From assembly GCA_003210155.1 (NCBI GenBank), contig QCNC01000005.1, forward strand, positions 2,017-66,016: a DNA stretch of 64,000 nucleotides, in the 5' to 3' direction. The notes under the pieces were generated by a model, which was not told the origin of the DNA, ran no database searches, and saw only the letters and a program-made list of their open reading frames with translations. Both the position numbers and the translations under genes were made by a program. Source of the DNA: Prochlorococcus sp. AG-424-E18. GTDB taxonomy: Bacteria; Cyanobacteriota; Cyanobacteriia; PCC-6307; Cyanobiaceae. Numbering within the stretch: the stretch's first letter is position 1; every line of letters starts with the position of its first letter. Below are positions 32,163 to 42,582 of this stretch, one piece after another.

Positions 32163-32774
32163 TTGTTTTTGGTTCAAGCTTGTAGTTATAAAAGTAAGAT
32201 TGATCCAAATTATTACTGTCAAAAACTAAAATTTAGTTGTATTCAGAGTAATAAAGTAGTTAATTTTAAAACTTCAAAAGGTGATTTTGAGGTAAAATTA
32301 TTTGGTGAAGATAACCCAGTAACAGTATCAAATTTTTTGGAAAACATAGACAATAATATTTATGAAAATAAAAAATTTTATAAAATAATAAATTATCCCC
32401 AAATAAGGTTTATACATGGCGGCGTTAATCCAGAAAATAAATTTTATATAGAACGAAAACAAAACCTGAATAAGACAAGTCCAACAATACCTTTAGAAAT
32501 AAAATTCAAAGAAGAAATAAAACCAAGATATAACTATCAAATAAAAAATCCTAGTGAAACAGTAAATTTAGTTAATACTTTTGAGAGTGGATCAATCGCT
32601 ATGGTTAAAAGCGGCAAGAATAAGTCTTCATCTACTGAATTTTTTTTTGTAACGACTAAGATACCAGAACTTGATGGAAGATATTCGATTTTTGGAAAGA
32701 TTATTAAAGGATTAGACGTACTCGAAAAAATCAATAAAGAAGACTACATCAAGGTAGTCCAGATATCTAATTAA
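32163..32774 (+). CDS. cyclophilin-type peptidyl-prolyl isomerase, probable lipoprotein
   Basis: [29 protein letters not shown]; lipobox-like VQAC. Confidence 0.85.
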   Translation: MFLVQACSYKSKIDPNYYCQKLKFSCIQSNKVVNFKTSKGDFEVKLFGEDNPVTVSNFLENIDNNIYENKKFYKIINYPQIRFIHGGVNPENKFYIERKQNLNKTSPTIPLEIKFKEEIKPRYNYQIKNPSETVNLVNTFESGSIAMVKSGKNKSSSTEFFFVTTKIPELDGRYSIFGKIIKGLDVLEKINKEDYIKVVQISN

Positions 32775-33295
32775 ATTTCTAGAGAATATTTATTTATTTT
32801 CAACATTTCTGTATTAACTCCTGAAGAGCGTTTAAGAGCTACCTTACCAGTCCTCGCTATTTCAAGGATGCCGTATGGCTCGAGTAATTTCTCTAGAGCA
32901 ACTAACTTCCCAGGATCTCCAACTACCTCCAGAGTTAAAGCCATATCTGATACATCAACAACTTTTGCACGGAAAATCTGTACAATATCGAGGATATTAC
33001 TCCTAGTATCTTCTTTCGATGAAACTTTTAGTAACATCAATTCCCTTTCAACAGCTGCGAGATTAGTAAAATCTACAACTCCCAGAACATTAAATAACTT
33101 ATTAAGTTGCTTAGTCATTTGTTGAAGAGTTTCATCATCACCCTCTACTACCATTGTTAACCTTGAAATCCCTTTAGATTCTGCAGGTCCTACTGCAAGG
33201 CTATCTATGTTGAATCCCCTTCTAGCGAAGAGACCTGAGATTCTACTCAAGGCTCCAGATTCATCTTCTACAAGAACTGATAATGTATGTTTCAT
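32771..33295 (-). CDS. ilvN: acetolactate synthase small subunit
   Basis: [36 protein letters not shown] domain. Confidence 0.96.
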   Translation of the reverse strand: MKHTLSVLVEDESGALSRISGLFARRGFNIDSLAVGPAESKGISRLTMVVEGDDETLQQMTKQLNKLFNVLGVVDFTNLAAVERELMLLKVSSKEDTRSNILDIVQIFRAKVVDVSDMALTLEVVGDPGKLVALEKLLEPYGILEIARTGKVALKRSSGVNTEMLKINKYSLEI

Positions 33296-33298
33296 ATT

Positions 33299-34258
33299 TT
33301 AAAAGGTTTTTAAATCTCTAATCCATTCATAAGAAATTCTATTGAATACTGAAGGGTCTTCATCATGGATACAATGCCCTGAGTTGGATACTATTTTTAA
33401 TTTTACCCATCTATGGAAATTTGCAATCTTTTTACCAACAAACAAAGGTATGAAATTATCTTTTTCGCCCCAAATCAATAAAAAAGGAACTTTTTTTGAG
33501 GCGCTTAGTTTTCTCAAAAGTTGAGAAGCTTTAAATTTTTCATCTCTAGAAGACATTCCAATACACATTGCTCTTAATGATCTAGCTGAAGTTCTCCTTA
33601 AAACTGGTTTTGTTACCAAATCTATTAGTTCGCGATCAATATTATCTTTTTTGAAATAGGCAGAATTAAGTCCCAGTTTAATAACCCCTAATTTACTTAT
33701 TAAAAATAAAATAATCTCCAAAGGGAAAAACAAAAAAAATATTGTTATGAATCTATCTTGAAATTTCTTAAATAATGATTTTTTTGTTATCGACTTTTTA
33801 TTTTCTTGAATTTGATCTGGCAAAGGCGATGCAATAACTGTTGCAATCTGATCCTCTAATGAAACAGCACAAGTTAAAGCAACTAGTGATCCAAGGGAAT
33901 TGCCAATAAGAATTACTTTCCCAGAATTCTTTGGTCTTATTACCTGTGCAATAAAGTCTTTCACTTGATCACACCAAATCTCATTATTTAATTTTCCAAT
34001 TTGTCTAATCCCAGGTTGATCTGAATCCCCAAATCCTATTAAATCCAAAGAATAGGAGGCAAAATTCTTTTTCGCAAAATACTCTAAATTGTTTCTCCAA
34101 TGTTTTCGACTTGCTCCAAATCCATGGAGAAAGATAATTGGGAACTCATTTTCTTCCCCTGTAACACTCCAACAAATTTTAAAACCATTCCAATTCCAGT
34201 AATTAGGAATGTTTATATTTTTTTTAAAATTATTATTCATATATTCAAAAATTTTCAA
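33299..34258 (-). CDS. alpha/beta fold hydrolase
   Basis: HGFG, GNSLG nucleophile elbow, GHCIHDE. Confidence 0.9.
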   Translation of the reverse strand: MKIFEYMNNNFKKNINIPNYWNWNGFKICWSVTGEENEFPIIFLHGFGASRKHWRNNLEYFAKKNFASYSLDLIGFGDSDQPGIRQIGKLNNEIWCDQVKDFIAQVIRPKNSGKVILIGNSLGSLVALTCAVSLEDQIATVIASPLPDQIQENKKSITKKSLFKKFQDRFITIFFLFFPLEIILFLISKLGVIKLGLNSAYFKKDNIDRELIDLVTKPVLRRTSARSLRAMCIGMSSRDEKFKASQLLRKLSASKKVPFLLIWGEKDNFIPLFVGKKIANFHRWVKLKIVSNSGHCIHDEDPSVFNRISYEWIRDLKTF

Positions 34259-34333
34259 GATATTTGAATTATCTACATTTTTAACAAATAAATGTATTTT
34301 GAATGTAAATTATAGTAATCATTCAATTTTACT

Positions 34334-34432
34334 ATGGCTAAAGAAATTTTTAGTATTGCAGCAGTTTTTTGGATACTGATACCAATAGGATTAGTTGGTG
34401 GTGCTTTGTTATTAAAGTTTCAGGGAGACTGA
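34334..34432 (+). CDS. petM: cytochrome b6f subunit PetM (not in ORF track)
   Basis: [32 protein letters not shown]. Confidence 0.92.
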
Positions 34433-34489
34433 TTCTCACGGATACATCACAATTTGAGTTATGGTCTTAAAGTTAAGCAAATCTTAAGT

Positions 34490-35452
34490 ATGAAGATTCT
34501 TTTAGTTGGAGCAACAGGGACACTTGGTAGACAAATAGCAAAGCAAGCTATAGAAGAGGGACATGAAATAAGATGCTTTGTAAGAAATCCAAGAAAAGCT
34601 TCCTTTCTACAAGAATGGGGTTGTGAGCTAACAAAAGGTAATTTATTAAATCCTTCTGATATCGAATATGCATTGCAAGATATTGAAGTTGTTATTGATG
34701 CAGCGACTAGTAGGCCAGATGATCCTAAAAGTATTTATGAAATTGATTGGGATGGAAAACTTAACTTATTCAATGCTTGCGAATCTTTTAACGTAAAAAG
34801 GGTAATATTCCTTTCTATCCTCCTAACAGAAAAGTTTAGAAATGTTCCTTTAATGGACATTAAATTTTGCACTGAAAAACTTCTTGAAAAATCTGATTTA
34901 GACTATACAATCTTTAAATGTGCAGCTTTTATGCAAGGAGTTATTGGTCAATTCGCAATCCCAATCTTGGATAGTCAAGCAGTGTGGATGAGTGGGACTC
35001 CAACTAAAATTGCTTATATGAATACTCAAGATATGGCAAAAGTTGTTGTAGCGGCAATAAATAATCCAAACACTCACAGAACATCATTGCCATTAGTAGG
35101 TCCTAAAGCATGGGATTCAAATGAAGTTATATCTTTATGTGAAAAATTTAGTGAAAAAAAGGCGAAAATTTTTAGAGTTTCCCCCTTCCTAATTAGTGTC
35201 ACTCAAAAAGTCGTTTCCTTTTTTCAAGATTCTCTTAACGTTGCTGAGCGATTGGCTTTTGCTGAAGTAACTAGTAGTGGTGAATCATTAGATGCTGACA
35301 TGAGTAAAACTTACGAAATATTGGAACTTAAAAAAGAGGATATGACTTCACTAGAGAGCTATATAAAGGAGTACTATCAACAAATACTTAAAAGATTAAG
35401 GGAAATGGAAGCAGATCTTAATATTGAAGAAAAAAAGAGATTACCTTTTTAA
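34490..35452 (+). CDS. ycf39: Ycf39/NmrA-family NAD(P)H-binding protein
   Basis: MKILLVGATGTLGRQIA Rossmann motif; ATG 34490 preferred over the upstream TTG. Confidence 0.85.
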   Translation: MKILLVGATGTLGRQIAKQAIEEGHEIRCFVRNPRKASFLQEWGCELTKGNLLNPSDIEYALQDIEVVIDAATSRPDDPKSIYEIDWDGKLNLFNACESFNVKRVIFLSILLTEKFRNVPLMDIKFCTEKLLEKSDLDYTIFKCAAFMQGVIGQFAIPILDSQAVWMSGTPTKIAYMNTQDMAKVVVAAINNPNTHRTSLPLVGPKAWDSNEVISLCEKFSEKKAKIFRVSPFLISVTQKVVSFFQDSLNVAERLAFAEVTSSGESLDADMSKTYEILELKKEDMTSLESYIKEYYQQILKRLREMEADLNIEEKKRLPF

Positions 35453-35475
35453 TATTGCAATTTTTAAAAACAGAT

Positions 35476-35489
35476 AGTATATTTGTACT
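35476..35489. promoter_or_regulatory. LexA-box-like palindrome
   Basis: AGTATATTTGTACT, one mismatch to cyanobacterial AGTAC-N4-GTACT, 20 nt upstream of ATG 35510. Confidence 0.55.
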
Positions 35490-35509
35490 ATATTAAATAT
35501 TGTTGACCT

Positions 35510-35722
35510 ATGTCTGTTTCTAAGTCTAAAAACCTTGAACGAAAACTAGATAATTTTGCAAAAGAAGCAAAAAATGAATTGAATAATGTTTGCGGATCTT
35601 CATTATGGGAAAGCCTTGGGTTTGTTTTTTTTGATCAATTAGAAGATTCTGAAAAAATTGCGAAAGCAAATTTTTACTATGGACAACTTCAAATAATTAA
35701 TGAAATTAAATTTTCAATTTGA
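35510..35722 (+). CDS. conserved hypothetical protein
   Basis: 70-aa ORF, KANFYYGQ motif. Confidence 0.7.
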   Translation: MSVSKSKNLERKLDNFAKEAKNELNNVCGSSLWESLGFVFFDQLEDSEKIAKANFYYGQLQIINEIKFSI

Positions 35723-35814
35723 ATTGAATTGCATATTTTTACGTATGTAATTTTTTTTAAATCAATTTTGGCCAATCTTTTTCTGATAATATGAATTTAG
35801 TAAAAGATTAATTT

Positions 35815-36081
35815 ATGATTGAAACTTCAGGTGTAATAGAAAAGGAGCAGGGGAATGGATTCTATTTGGTTACCTTAGAACAACCTGAAGGACATCAATG
35901 TTTATGTAGAGCTGCAGGTAAATTGACTAAATTTAGAATTAAATTATTAGCAGGAGACAAAGTGTTAGTTGAGATAAGTCCTTATGATCTTTCTAGAGGT
36001 AGGATAACTTATAGAGAGAGGAATTCAGGCGGTTCTAGACCTACTACTAATAAAAATAATCCCAAGAGAAATAATAAATAA
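35815..36081 (+). CDS. infA: translation initiation factor IF-1
   Basis: MIETSGVI...IKLLAGDKVLVEISPYDLSRGRITYR. Confidence 0.96.
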   Translation: MIETSGVIEKEQGNGFYLVTLEQPEGHQCLCRAAGKLTKFRIKLLAGDKVLVEISPYDLSRGRITYRERNSGGSRPTTNKNNPKRNNK

Positions 36082-36090
36082 TAAGTTACT

Positions 36091-37467
36091 TTAGATAATT
36101 TTTTTTATCGCTTCTTTAAACTCACTTCTTTGTTTGACACCTTGCCATTGGTTTTTTAATAATTTTTCTTTAAAAAGTTGAACTGTTGGTGTGCCATTGA
36201 TACCAGCTTGTTTTGCAATATCTTGATCTTTATCAATATCTATTTCAACGCCAAGAACTGCACCATCAAGTTCTTTAATCACTCTTTTTAACTGAGGTTT
36301 CAAAACATGACATGGACCGCAACTAGGGGAACTAAAAATTACTAAGATAGGTTTTTTACTCTCGTGATAAAGTTTCCTTAATGCATAACTGCCTTTTTGC
36401 CATTCAGAATTTATATCAAAAGTATCTTCATTAACTTCTTCTTCATTAAAATCTGATGAATTAAGTTTTTTTTCTGGTTCTGGTGTTTCTCTGACTATGG
36501 TTTTTGCTAAGTTTTTCTCAGCTAGCCATCTCTCAGTAGCTAATGCTGCCATGCATCCAGTTCCTGCAGCGGTAACTCCTTGTCTCCACTCAGAATCAAC
36601 AACATCACCTGCAGCGAAGATGCCTTCAATAGATGTTTCTGGCCTTCCTGATTTGCAAGCAATATAGCCTTTATTATCTAAATTAATTTTGTTGCCCAAG
36701 AATTTCGTATTAGGTGTGTGCCCTATCGCGTAAAAAAGACCTTTTATATTGATTTCCCCTTTACCTTCTTGAGAGTGAATAGTTTCTATTCTCTCAAGCC
36801 ATTCAGTACCATCCGCTTTATCAACTTTTGTATTCCAATGAATTTCTATCTTTGGATTAGCTTTTACTCTGTCAACCATTGCTGCGCTAGCCCTTAATTT
36901 TTCTGATCGAACAATTAAATGCACTTTGCTTCCATACTTTGTGAGATATGCTGCTTCTTCACATGCAGAGTCGCCCCCTCCAATAACAGCTAATTCTTCA
37001 TCTCTAAATTGTGGGGTGGCTCCATCACATATTGCACAAGCACTTATTCCTTTACTCCAGAATTTATCTTCATTAATTACGCCTAATCTATTTGCACTTG
37101 CTCCAGTTGCAATAATAATTGAATTAGATTTTATAGTTCCTTCTAAAGTTTTTAATTCAAAGGGATGTGAATCTGTATTAATTGAGACTACATCACTTTC
37201 GTATAAATTAGTGCCCCATCTTTCTGCTTGAGCCTTCATTAGATCCATCAATTCAGGACCCAGTACTCCATCTGGGAAACCTGGATAATTTTCAACAAAT
37301 GTTGTAGTCATTAATTGCCCACCAGGAATTCCACCAGAATTAAATCCTGTTACAAGTAATGGTTGAAGATTTGCTCTTGCGGCATATATTGCAGCGGTGT
37401 AACCTGCAGGCCCCGAACCTATAATTACAACATTTTCTACGTTTGAAATCTTCTCTTTATTTTCCAT
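36091..37467 (-). CDS. trxB: thioredoxin reductase with C-terminal thioredoxin domain (NTRC-type)
   Basis: GSGPAG, CAICDG, GGGDSA and C-terminal CGPC. Confidence 0.95.
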   Translation of the reverse strand: MENKEKISNVENVVIIGSGPAGYTAAIYAARANLQPLLVTGFNSGGIPGGQLMTTTFVENYPGFPDGVLGPELMDLMKAQAERWGTNLYESDVVSINTDSHPFELKTLEGTIKSNSIIIATGASANRLGVINEDKFWSKGISACAICDGATPQFRDEELAVIGGGDSACEEAAYLTKYGSKVHLIVRSEKLRASAAMVDRVKANPKIEIHWNTKVDKADGTEWLERIETIHSQEGKGEINIKGLFYAIGHTPNTKFLGNKINLDNKGYIACKSGRPETSIEGIFAAGDVVDSEWRQGVTAAGTGCMAALATERWLAEKNLAKTIVRETPEPEKKLNSSDFNEEEVNEDTFDINSEWQKGSYALRKLYHESKKPILVIFSSPSCGPCHVLKPQLKRVIKELDGAVLGVEIDIDKDQDIAKQAGINGTPTVQLFKEKLLKNQWQGVKQRSEFKEAIKKII

Positions 37468-37546
37468 TTATTTGCTAATTTCACTATTAATAATAATAAA
37501 CTAACCCAAATAATGTAGGGCGGATTTCACTCGATATATTTATTAC

Positions 37547-37771
37547 TCAATCGTTGACTTTTTGGTCTAATAACTTTTTTAATTCCTTTGGGAAGTTTAA
37601 AACAGAATCTTTTAAATTTTCGTTCTTTTCTCCAATATGTAATATCCACTCTCTAAATTCTTCTGCGATTGCATAACTGTCTTCATACCTTTCTAAAGTG
37701 TCCATTGCAGAAATTCTATTGGTTGCCCAACAGGTTGCTATATCGATCCTTTTTCTAATGAAGTTGTCCAT
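37547..37771 (-). CDS. conserved hypothetical protein
   Basis: MDNFIRKRIDIATCWA...EEFREW; ATG 37771 preferred. Confidence 0.65.
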   Translation of the reverse strand: MDNFIRKRIDIATCWATNRISAMDTLERYEDSYAIAEEFREWILHIGEKNENLKDSVLNFPKELKKLLDQKVND

Positions 37772-37925
37772 TGAAAGATTTAACTTGTATATAGATAAAC
37801 ACACCAGAGAACCTATGTATTGTCTAATAAGTTACAACTTTGTACTTCCAAACAATAATTTAATCTTTAATTTATATTTGAACCAATTTTGGAGGGAATT
37901 ATAAAGAAAATATAAAGAAATAGAC

Positions 37926-38504
37926 TTAGACTGCCTCGCTGTGATTTGCAAGTAGCCTTTCAACTTCCTCAAAACCCTCTTTAGCTGAATTTATTGCAAG
38001 TTCCTCGCTAACTTTTTCTTCTAATATTAGTTTTGCGGATATTTTCTTTAAAAGAGTTTCTTTCTTTTCTCTTAGTGAACTAACAATTTCTTCTTCAATG
38101 ATAGATTTTATTGCTTTAGAAATTATTTTTTTATCATTTGCTTCCTCGAAGGTGCCCTGAACTAATTCTTGAATAAATAATCGATGAACCTCACTACTCC
38201 TTAGAAAGCTTTCTGTGGCATTAATAATTCCTTCAACAAGAGCTTCATCAGGTTCAGAATCATTTTCTGCCAGCTTAAATTCCCAATCTAAATGCCTTCT
38301 TTGCCAGCCTGATGAGTGGAGACTGGGCATGACTGTCTGAGAATAAGTATCAACTGACATTTCATAAATTCTCTCTGCTAACTTCTCGCACCAGTCTTTA
38401 CCATGCTTTTCTAGATTTTTTTGCATAGCTTGCCTTGGAACAGCGTGACCACCATGATGACTGTGGCACACTCCATCAGGACATTCGATTGCTTTTATAC
38501 TCAT
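37926..38504 (-). CDS. conserved hypothetical protein with N-terminal Cys/His motif
   Basis: CPDGVCHSHHGGH N-terminus. Confidence 0.75.
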   Translation of the reverse strand: MSIKAIECPDGVCHSHHGGHAVPRQAMQKNLEKHGKDWCEKLAERIYEMSVDTYSQTVMPSLHSSGWQRRHLDWEFKLAENDSEPDEALVEGIINATESFLRSSEVHRLFIQELVQGTFEEANDKKIISKAIKSIIEEEIVSSLREKKETLLKKISAKLILEEKVSEELAINSAKEGFEEVERLLANHSEAV

Positions 38505-38631
38505 TGGATTATTTAGTACTTATATATTCTAGATAGCTATTTTTTATAGAAAAGAAAATATATTTTTAACAAAAATCCAAGACTTTTGACTTTCTTCAAT
38601 TTATATTTAGTATGTTAAAAAAATAAATAAA

Positions 38632-39762
38632 TTGACAAAGATACTTATTCCTTCCGAAACAAGCTCTGGTGAAAGGAGAGTTTCAGCTACACCAGAAGCG
38701 GTAAAGAAATTAAAAAGCCTTGGATGTGATGTTTATATTGAAAGTTCAGCAGGGAAATTATCAGGATTTAGTGACTTATCATATGAAGAATCGGGCGGAA
38801 CAATAATAAACAACTTAGATCAAAAAATTTGGGGTGAAGCGGACTTAATATTTTGTGTTCAAACTCCATCAGAGGATAATTTAACTAAGTTAAAGAAAGG
38901 CGCTGTTCTTCTCGGTCTTCTTAACCCATATGGTAATAAGGAGCTTCTAAGGATTATAAATAGTAATAAGATTACAGCTTTATCACTAGAATTGCTTCCG
39001 AGGATTAGTAGAGCTCAATCTTCTGATGTTCTTTCTTCACAGGCCAATATTGCTGGATATAAAGCAGTTCTTTTGGCTGCAAGTGAGTTAGATAGATATT
39101 TCCCAATGCTTATGACTGCAGCTGGGACAGTCCAACCTGCCAAAGTAGTGGTTCTTGGTGGAGGCGTTGCAGGATTACAGGCAGTTGCGACAGCAAAAAG
39201 ACTTGGAGCAATAGTATTTGTATCTGATATTAGACCTGCTGTTAAAGAACAAGTAGAGTCCCTCGGAGCAAGATTTATAGAACTTCCTGAAGTTGAGGAA
39301 AAGCCTGGAGAGGCAGGAGGTTATGCAAAAGCTGTAACACCCGAATTCCTCTCAAAACAGAAGGCAACTTTAACTAAATATTTATCTGAAGCTGATGTTG
39401 CTATATGCACTGCGCAAGTTCTAGGTAAAAAGGCCCCTGTTTTAATTGACTCTCCCATGATTGAAAAAATGAGGTCTGGTGCAGTAGTTATTGATTTAGC
39501 AGTTTCTCAGGGAGGGAACTGCGAAGGATCAAAATCAAATGAAACTATTATCAAAGATGGTGTAAAACTAATTGGAGCGGGCGAATTGCCCTCATCAGTT
39601 CCTTATGATGCAAGTTCACTTTATGCTAAGAACTTAACATCTTTGATTACACCATTTATAAAAGATGGTGTAATTAAATTAGATAAAGAGGATGAACTCA
39701 TTTCTGGATGTTTATTAAGCGATGAAGGAGTTGTTCTTCAAAATAAAGTTTTTGAAAATTGA
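38632..39762 (+). CDS. pntA: NAD(P) transhydrogenase alpha subunit, part 1
   Basis: ERRVSATP, PRISRAQSSDVLSSQ, GGGVAGL. Confidence 0.95.
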   Translation: MTKILIPSETSSGERRVSATPEAVKKLKSLGCDVYIESSAGKLSGFSDLSYEESGGTIINNLDQKIWGEADLIFCVQTPSEDNLTKLKKGAVLLGLLNPYGNKELLRIINSNKITALSLELLPRISRAQSSDVLSSQANIAGYKAVLLAASELDRYFPMLMTAAGTVQPAKVVVLGGGVAGLQAVATAKRLGAIVFVSDIRPAVKEQVESLGARFIELPEVEEKPGEAGGYAKAVTPEFLSKQKATLTKYLSEADVAICTAQVLGKKAPVLIDSPMIEKMRSGAVVIDLAVSQGGNCEGSKSNETIIKDGVKLIGAGELPSSVPYDASSLYAKNLTSLITPFIKDGVIKLDKEDELISGCLLSDEGVVLQNKVFEN

Positions 39763-39774
39763 GGTTTTAAAATT

Positions 39775-40068
39775 ATGTCTTTTATAAGTCTTCTTTGGGT
39801 TCTTTTACTTGGTAGTTTATTAGGCCTCGAGTTAATTGGAAAAGTTCCTCCTACTCTTCACACACCTTTAATGAGTGGAGCAAATGCAATTTCAGGAATA
39901 ACAATGCTTGCAGCCTTGACTTTAATCGTAAAAGCAGAAGGTAACGTACCACTTTTAATCATTGGTTCAGTTTCTCTTGGATTTGCTCTTTTCAACGTTG
40001 TAGGCGGTTTCTTTGTAACTGATCGAATGCTCGCGATGTTTAGTCGTAAACCATCAAATAAGAAGTAA
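39775..40068 (+). CDS. pntA: NAD(P) transhydrogenase alpha subunit, part 2
   Basis: VPPTLHTPLMSGANAISG, GGFFVTDRML. Confidence 0.95.
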   Translation: MSFISLLWVLLLGSLLGLELIGKVPPTLHTPLMSGANAISGITMLAALTLIVKAEGNVPLLIIGSVSLGFALFNVVGGFFVTDRMLAMFSRKPSNKK

Positions 40069-40076
40069 TTTTTAAC

Positions 40077-41516
40077 ATGAATCTACCTGTAATCATTAAA
40101 TTTGTTATTGACCTTCTAGCAGTACTATTACTGGCTTTGGGAATAAAAGGATTGTCAAAAGTAAAATCAGCAAGGGATGCCAATAGATTAGCTGCATTTG
40201 CAATGTCGCTATCAGTAGTAGGATTACTTTCTTATTATTTGGGTACATCTGGAATTGCTATTCAGTCTTGGATTTGGATAATAATTGGATCAATCATAGG
40301 TAGTTTGTTCGGAGCAATTCTTGCAAAAAAAGTACCTATGACCTCCATGCCTGAAACAGTGGCATTGTTCAATGGTTGTGGAGGAATGTCATCACTTTTA
40401 GTGGCCTTAGGAGTAGCTATTTTTCCTATATCTGGTGGCCAAGAAAATTTTGATTTTTTTAAGTCACTGATTAACGAAGTTTCAATATCTGTTTCTATCT
40501 TTGTTGGTGCCATTACTTTCACAGGTTCAATTGTGGCGATGGCAAAGTTACAGGGTTGGTTGTCAACTCCAGGATGGACTCAGAGCAAAGTTAGACATTT
40601 TGTAAATATTGTTTTTGCAGTTGCTTCTTTGATAGCCTTTTTTGATTTGATAAACGGGAATACAAGTTCTATTTGGCTTTTAGTTATAGTTTCTTCTTTA
40701 TTAGGTATTGGAGTTACTTTACCAATTGGTGGAGCTGATATGCCAGTCGTTATATCTTTATTAAATAGCTATTCAGGGATTGCAGCAGCAGCAGCAGGTT
40801 TCGTTGTAGATAGTCAGCTTTTGATAGTAGCGGGAGCAATGGTTGGAGCAGCAGGCCTAATACTTACTCAAGTAATGTGCAAGGGTATGAATAGATCGTT
40901 GGTCTCAGTTCTTTTTGGAGGATCTTTATCTGCTCAAAGTACAGCCTCTTCTGGTTCAGGAGAATATACAAATATAACTTCTTGCAGTGTTGAAGAGTGT
41001 GCATTGACTTTAGAGGCGGCCAACAAGGTAATTATTGTTCCTGGTTATGGTCTAGCGGTAGCTCAAGCTCAACATACTTTAAGGGAAGTGACAAAAAAAC
41101 TAGAGCAAAACGGTATTGAAGTTGTTTACGCAATTCATCCTGTAGCAGGGAGGATGCCTGGACATATGAATGTACTTTTAGCAGAGGCAGATGTTCCTTA
41201 CGAACAACTTAAAGAGATGGACGTTGTAAATCCTGATTTTCCAGCAACGGATGTTGTTTTAGTTTTAGGAGCAAATGATGTGGTTAATCCTCAAGCTAAA
41301 AATGATAGCTCTTCTCCTTTATATGGCATGCCAGTTCTTGATGTGCAGGAAGCAAGAACGGTATTTGTAATTAAACGTGGTATGAGTGCAGGTTACTCCG
41401 GAATAAAAAATGATTTATTTGATTTGCCAAATACCTCAATGGTCTTTGGTGATGCAAAAAAGGTACTGAATGATTTGATTGGAGAATTAAAGGATCTTGG
41501 GGTTGGAGAGAAATAA
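40077..41516 (+). CDS. pntB: NAD(P) transhydrogenase beta subunit
   Basis: PIGGADMPVVISLLNSYSG, HPVAGRMPGHMNVLLAEA. Confidence 0.97.
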   Translation: MNLPVIIKFVIDLLAVLLLALGIKGLSKVKSARDANRLAAFAMSLSVVGLLSYYLGTSGIAIQSWIWIIIGSIIGSLFGAILAKKVPMTSMPETVALFNGCGGMSSLLVALGVAIFPISGGQENFDFFKSLINEVSISVSIFVGAITFTGSIVAMAKLQGWLSTPGWTQSKVRHFVNIVFAVASLIAFFDLINGNTSSIWLLVIVSSLLGIGVTLPIGGADMPVVISLLNSYSGIAAAAAGFVVDSQLLIVAGAMVGAAGLILTQVMCKGMNRSLVSVLFGGSLSAQSTASSGSGEYTNITSCSVEECALTLEAANKVIIVPGYGLAVAQAQHTLREVTKKLEQNGIEVVYAIHPVAGRMPGHMNVLLAEADVPYEQLKEMDVVNPDFPATDVVLVLGANDVVNPQAKNDSSSPLYGMPVLDVQEARTVFVIKRGMSAGYSGIKNDLFDLPNTSMVFGDAKKVLNDLIGELKDLGVGEK

Positions 41517-42582
41517 TAGTATATCTTTTAGTTTTTCAGATTACGTAAAAAATAAGCCATTTCGAGAAGTTTTACCTTGGATAGGTGGCGACTTACAAAC
41601 TTTGAGAGATACTTTTGTTATTGATTTTGGTAAATCAAAAAAAAATAAAAAAATATTCTTTCCGATTAATAAAATTCTTTCTAAAAAATTTGAATGTGAT
41701 TATCTTCTAGGGTTTTTAGAATTACCTGAAAACTTAGACTCGCTTAGTGGTTTTGTAATCGTTACACATGGTTTAGGGGGCTCAACAAAACGGTTTGGTT
41801 TAAGAAGAATCTCCAGGAAATTAGCAAATAATGGTTTTGGAGTTCTTAAATTAAATCTAAGAGGATCTGGATCTGCGAGATATTTAGCTAAAGGAAATTA
41901 TTGTGCTAGATGCTCCAGTGATGTTATTTCAGCAATTAATTATTTTAAAAAATTCATTAATTTAGAGTTTAAAGATCTCATCAAGATGAATAATCTTCCA
42001 ATTTACGGAGTTGGATTATCTTTAGGCGGAACAATTCTTTTAAATGCCTGCTTAGATTACGATGAAAACAAAGGAGAAAAACTTTTAGATGGCCTAGCCT
42101 GTGTAAGTAGCCCTTTAGATTTATCATCATGCAGTCTCTGTATTGAAAAATCTAGAAATTATATCTACCAAAAATGGTTACTTCATCGCTTAAAAAATCA
42201 GTTATGGGAAGGATTTAATGATGAAGGCAAAATTCTTAATAATGAGAAATTAAGAAAAAAAATTAGAAATTTAAAAAGTATAAGGGAATTTGATCAGAAA
42301 TTTACAGCTCCAAGTTGGGGATTTGATTCTTTAGAAGATTATTATGTTAAAGCTTCTCCAATATTTAGAATCCAAAACTCAATAAAAAAATTACCTCAAA
42401 TGCTTTTTATTCATGCCAAGGATGATCCTTGGGTTCCATATAATGCAACTTTGAATTTAAGAGGAAAATTTATTGATAAATTTACTATTTTTATAACTGA
42501 AAAAGGAGGTCATAATGGTTTTCATTCGATTAATGGCTGCTGGTCAGACGAAGTCGTGAAGAACTGGTTTATGAGTATCTAG
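41497..42582 (+). CDS. YheT-like alpha/beta hydrolase
   Basis: HGLGGS, GLSLGG, AKDDPWVP, GGHNGF. Confidence 0.85.
   Translation: MGLERNNSISFSFSDYVKNKPFREVLPWIGGDLQTLRDTFVIDFGKSKKNKKIFFPINKILSKKFECDYLLGFLELPENLDSLSGFVIVTHGLGGSTKRFGLRRISRKLANNGFGVLKLNLRGSGSARYLAKGNYCARCSSDVISAINYFKKFINLEFKDLIKMNNLPIYGVGLSLGGTILLNACLDYDENKGEKLLDGLACVSSPLDLSSCSLCIEKSRNYIYQKWLLHRLKNQLWEGFNDEGKILNNEKLRKKIRNLKSIREFDQKFTAPSWGFDSLEDYYVKASPIFRIQNSIKKLPQMLFIHAKDDPWVPYNATLNLRGKFIDKFTIFITEKGGHNGFHSINGCWSDEVVKNWFMSI

Noticed and set aside
36091-36400. Thioredoxin domain fused to TrxB
   Set aside because: Known NTRC architecture in cyanobacteria
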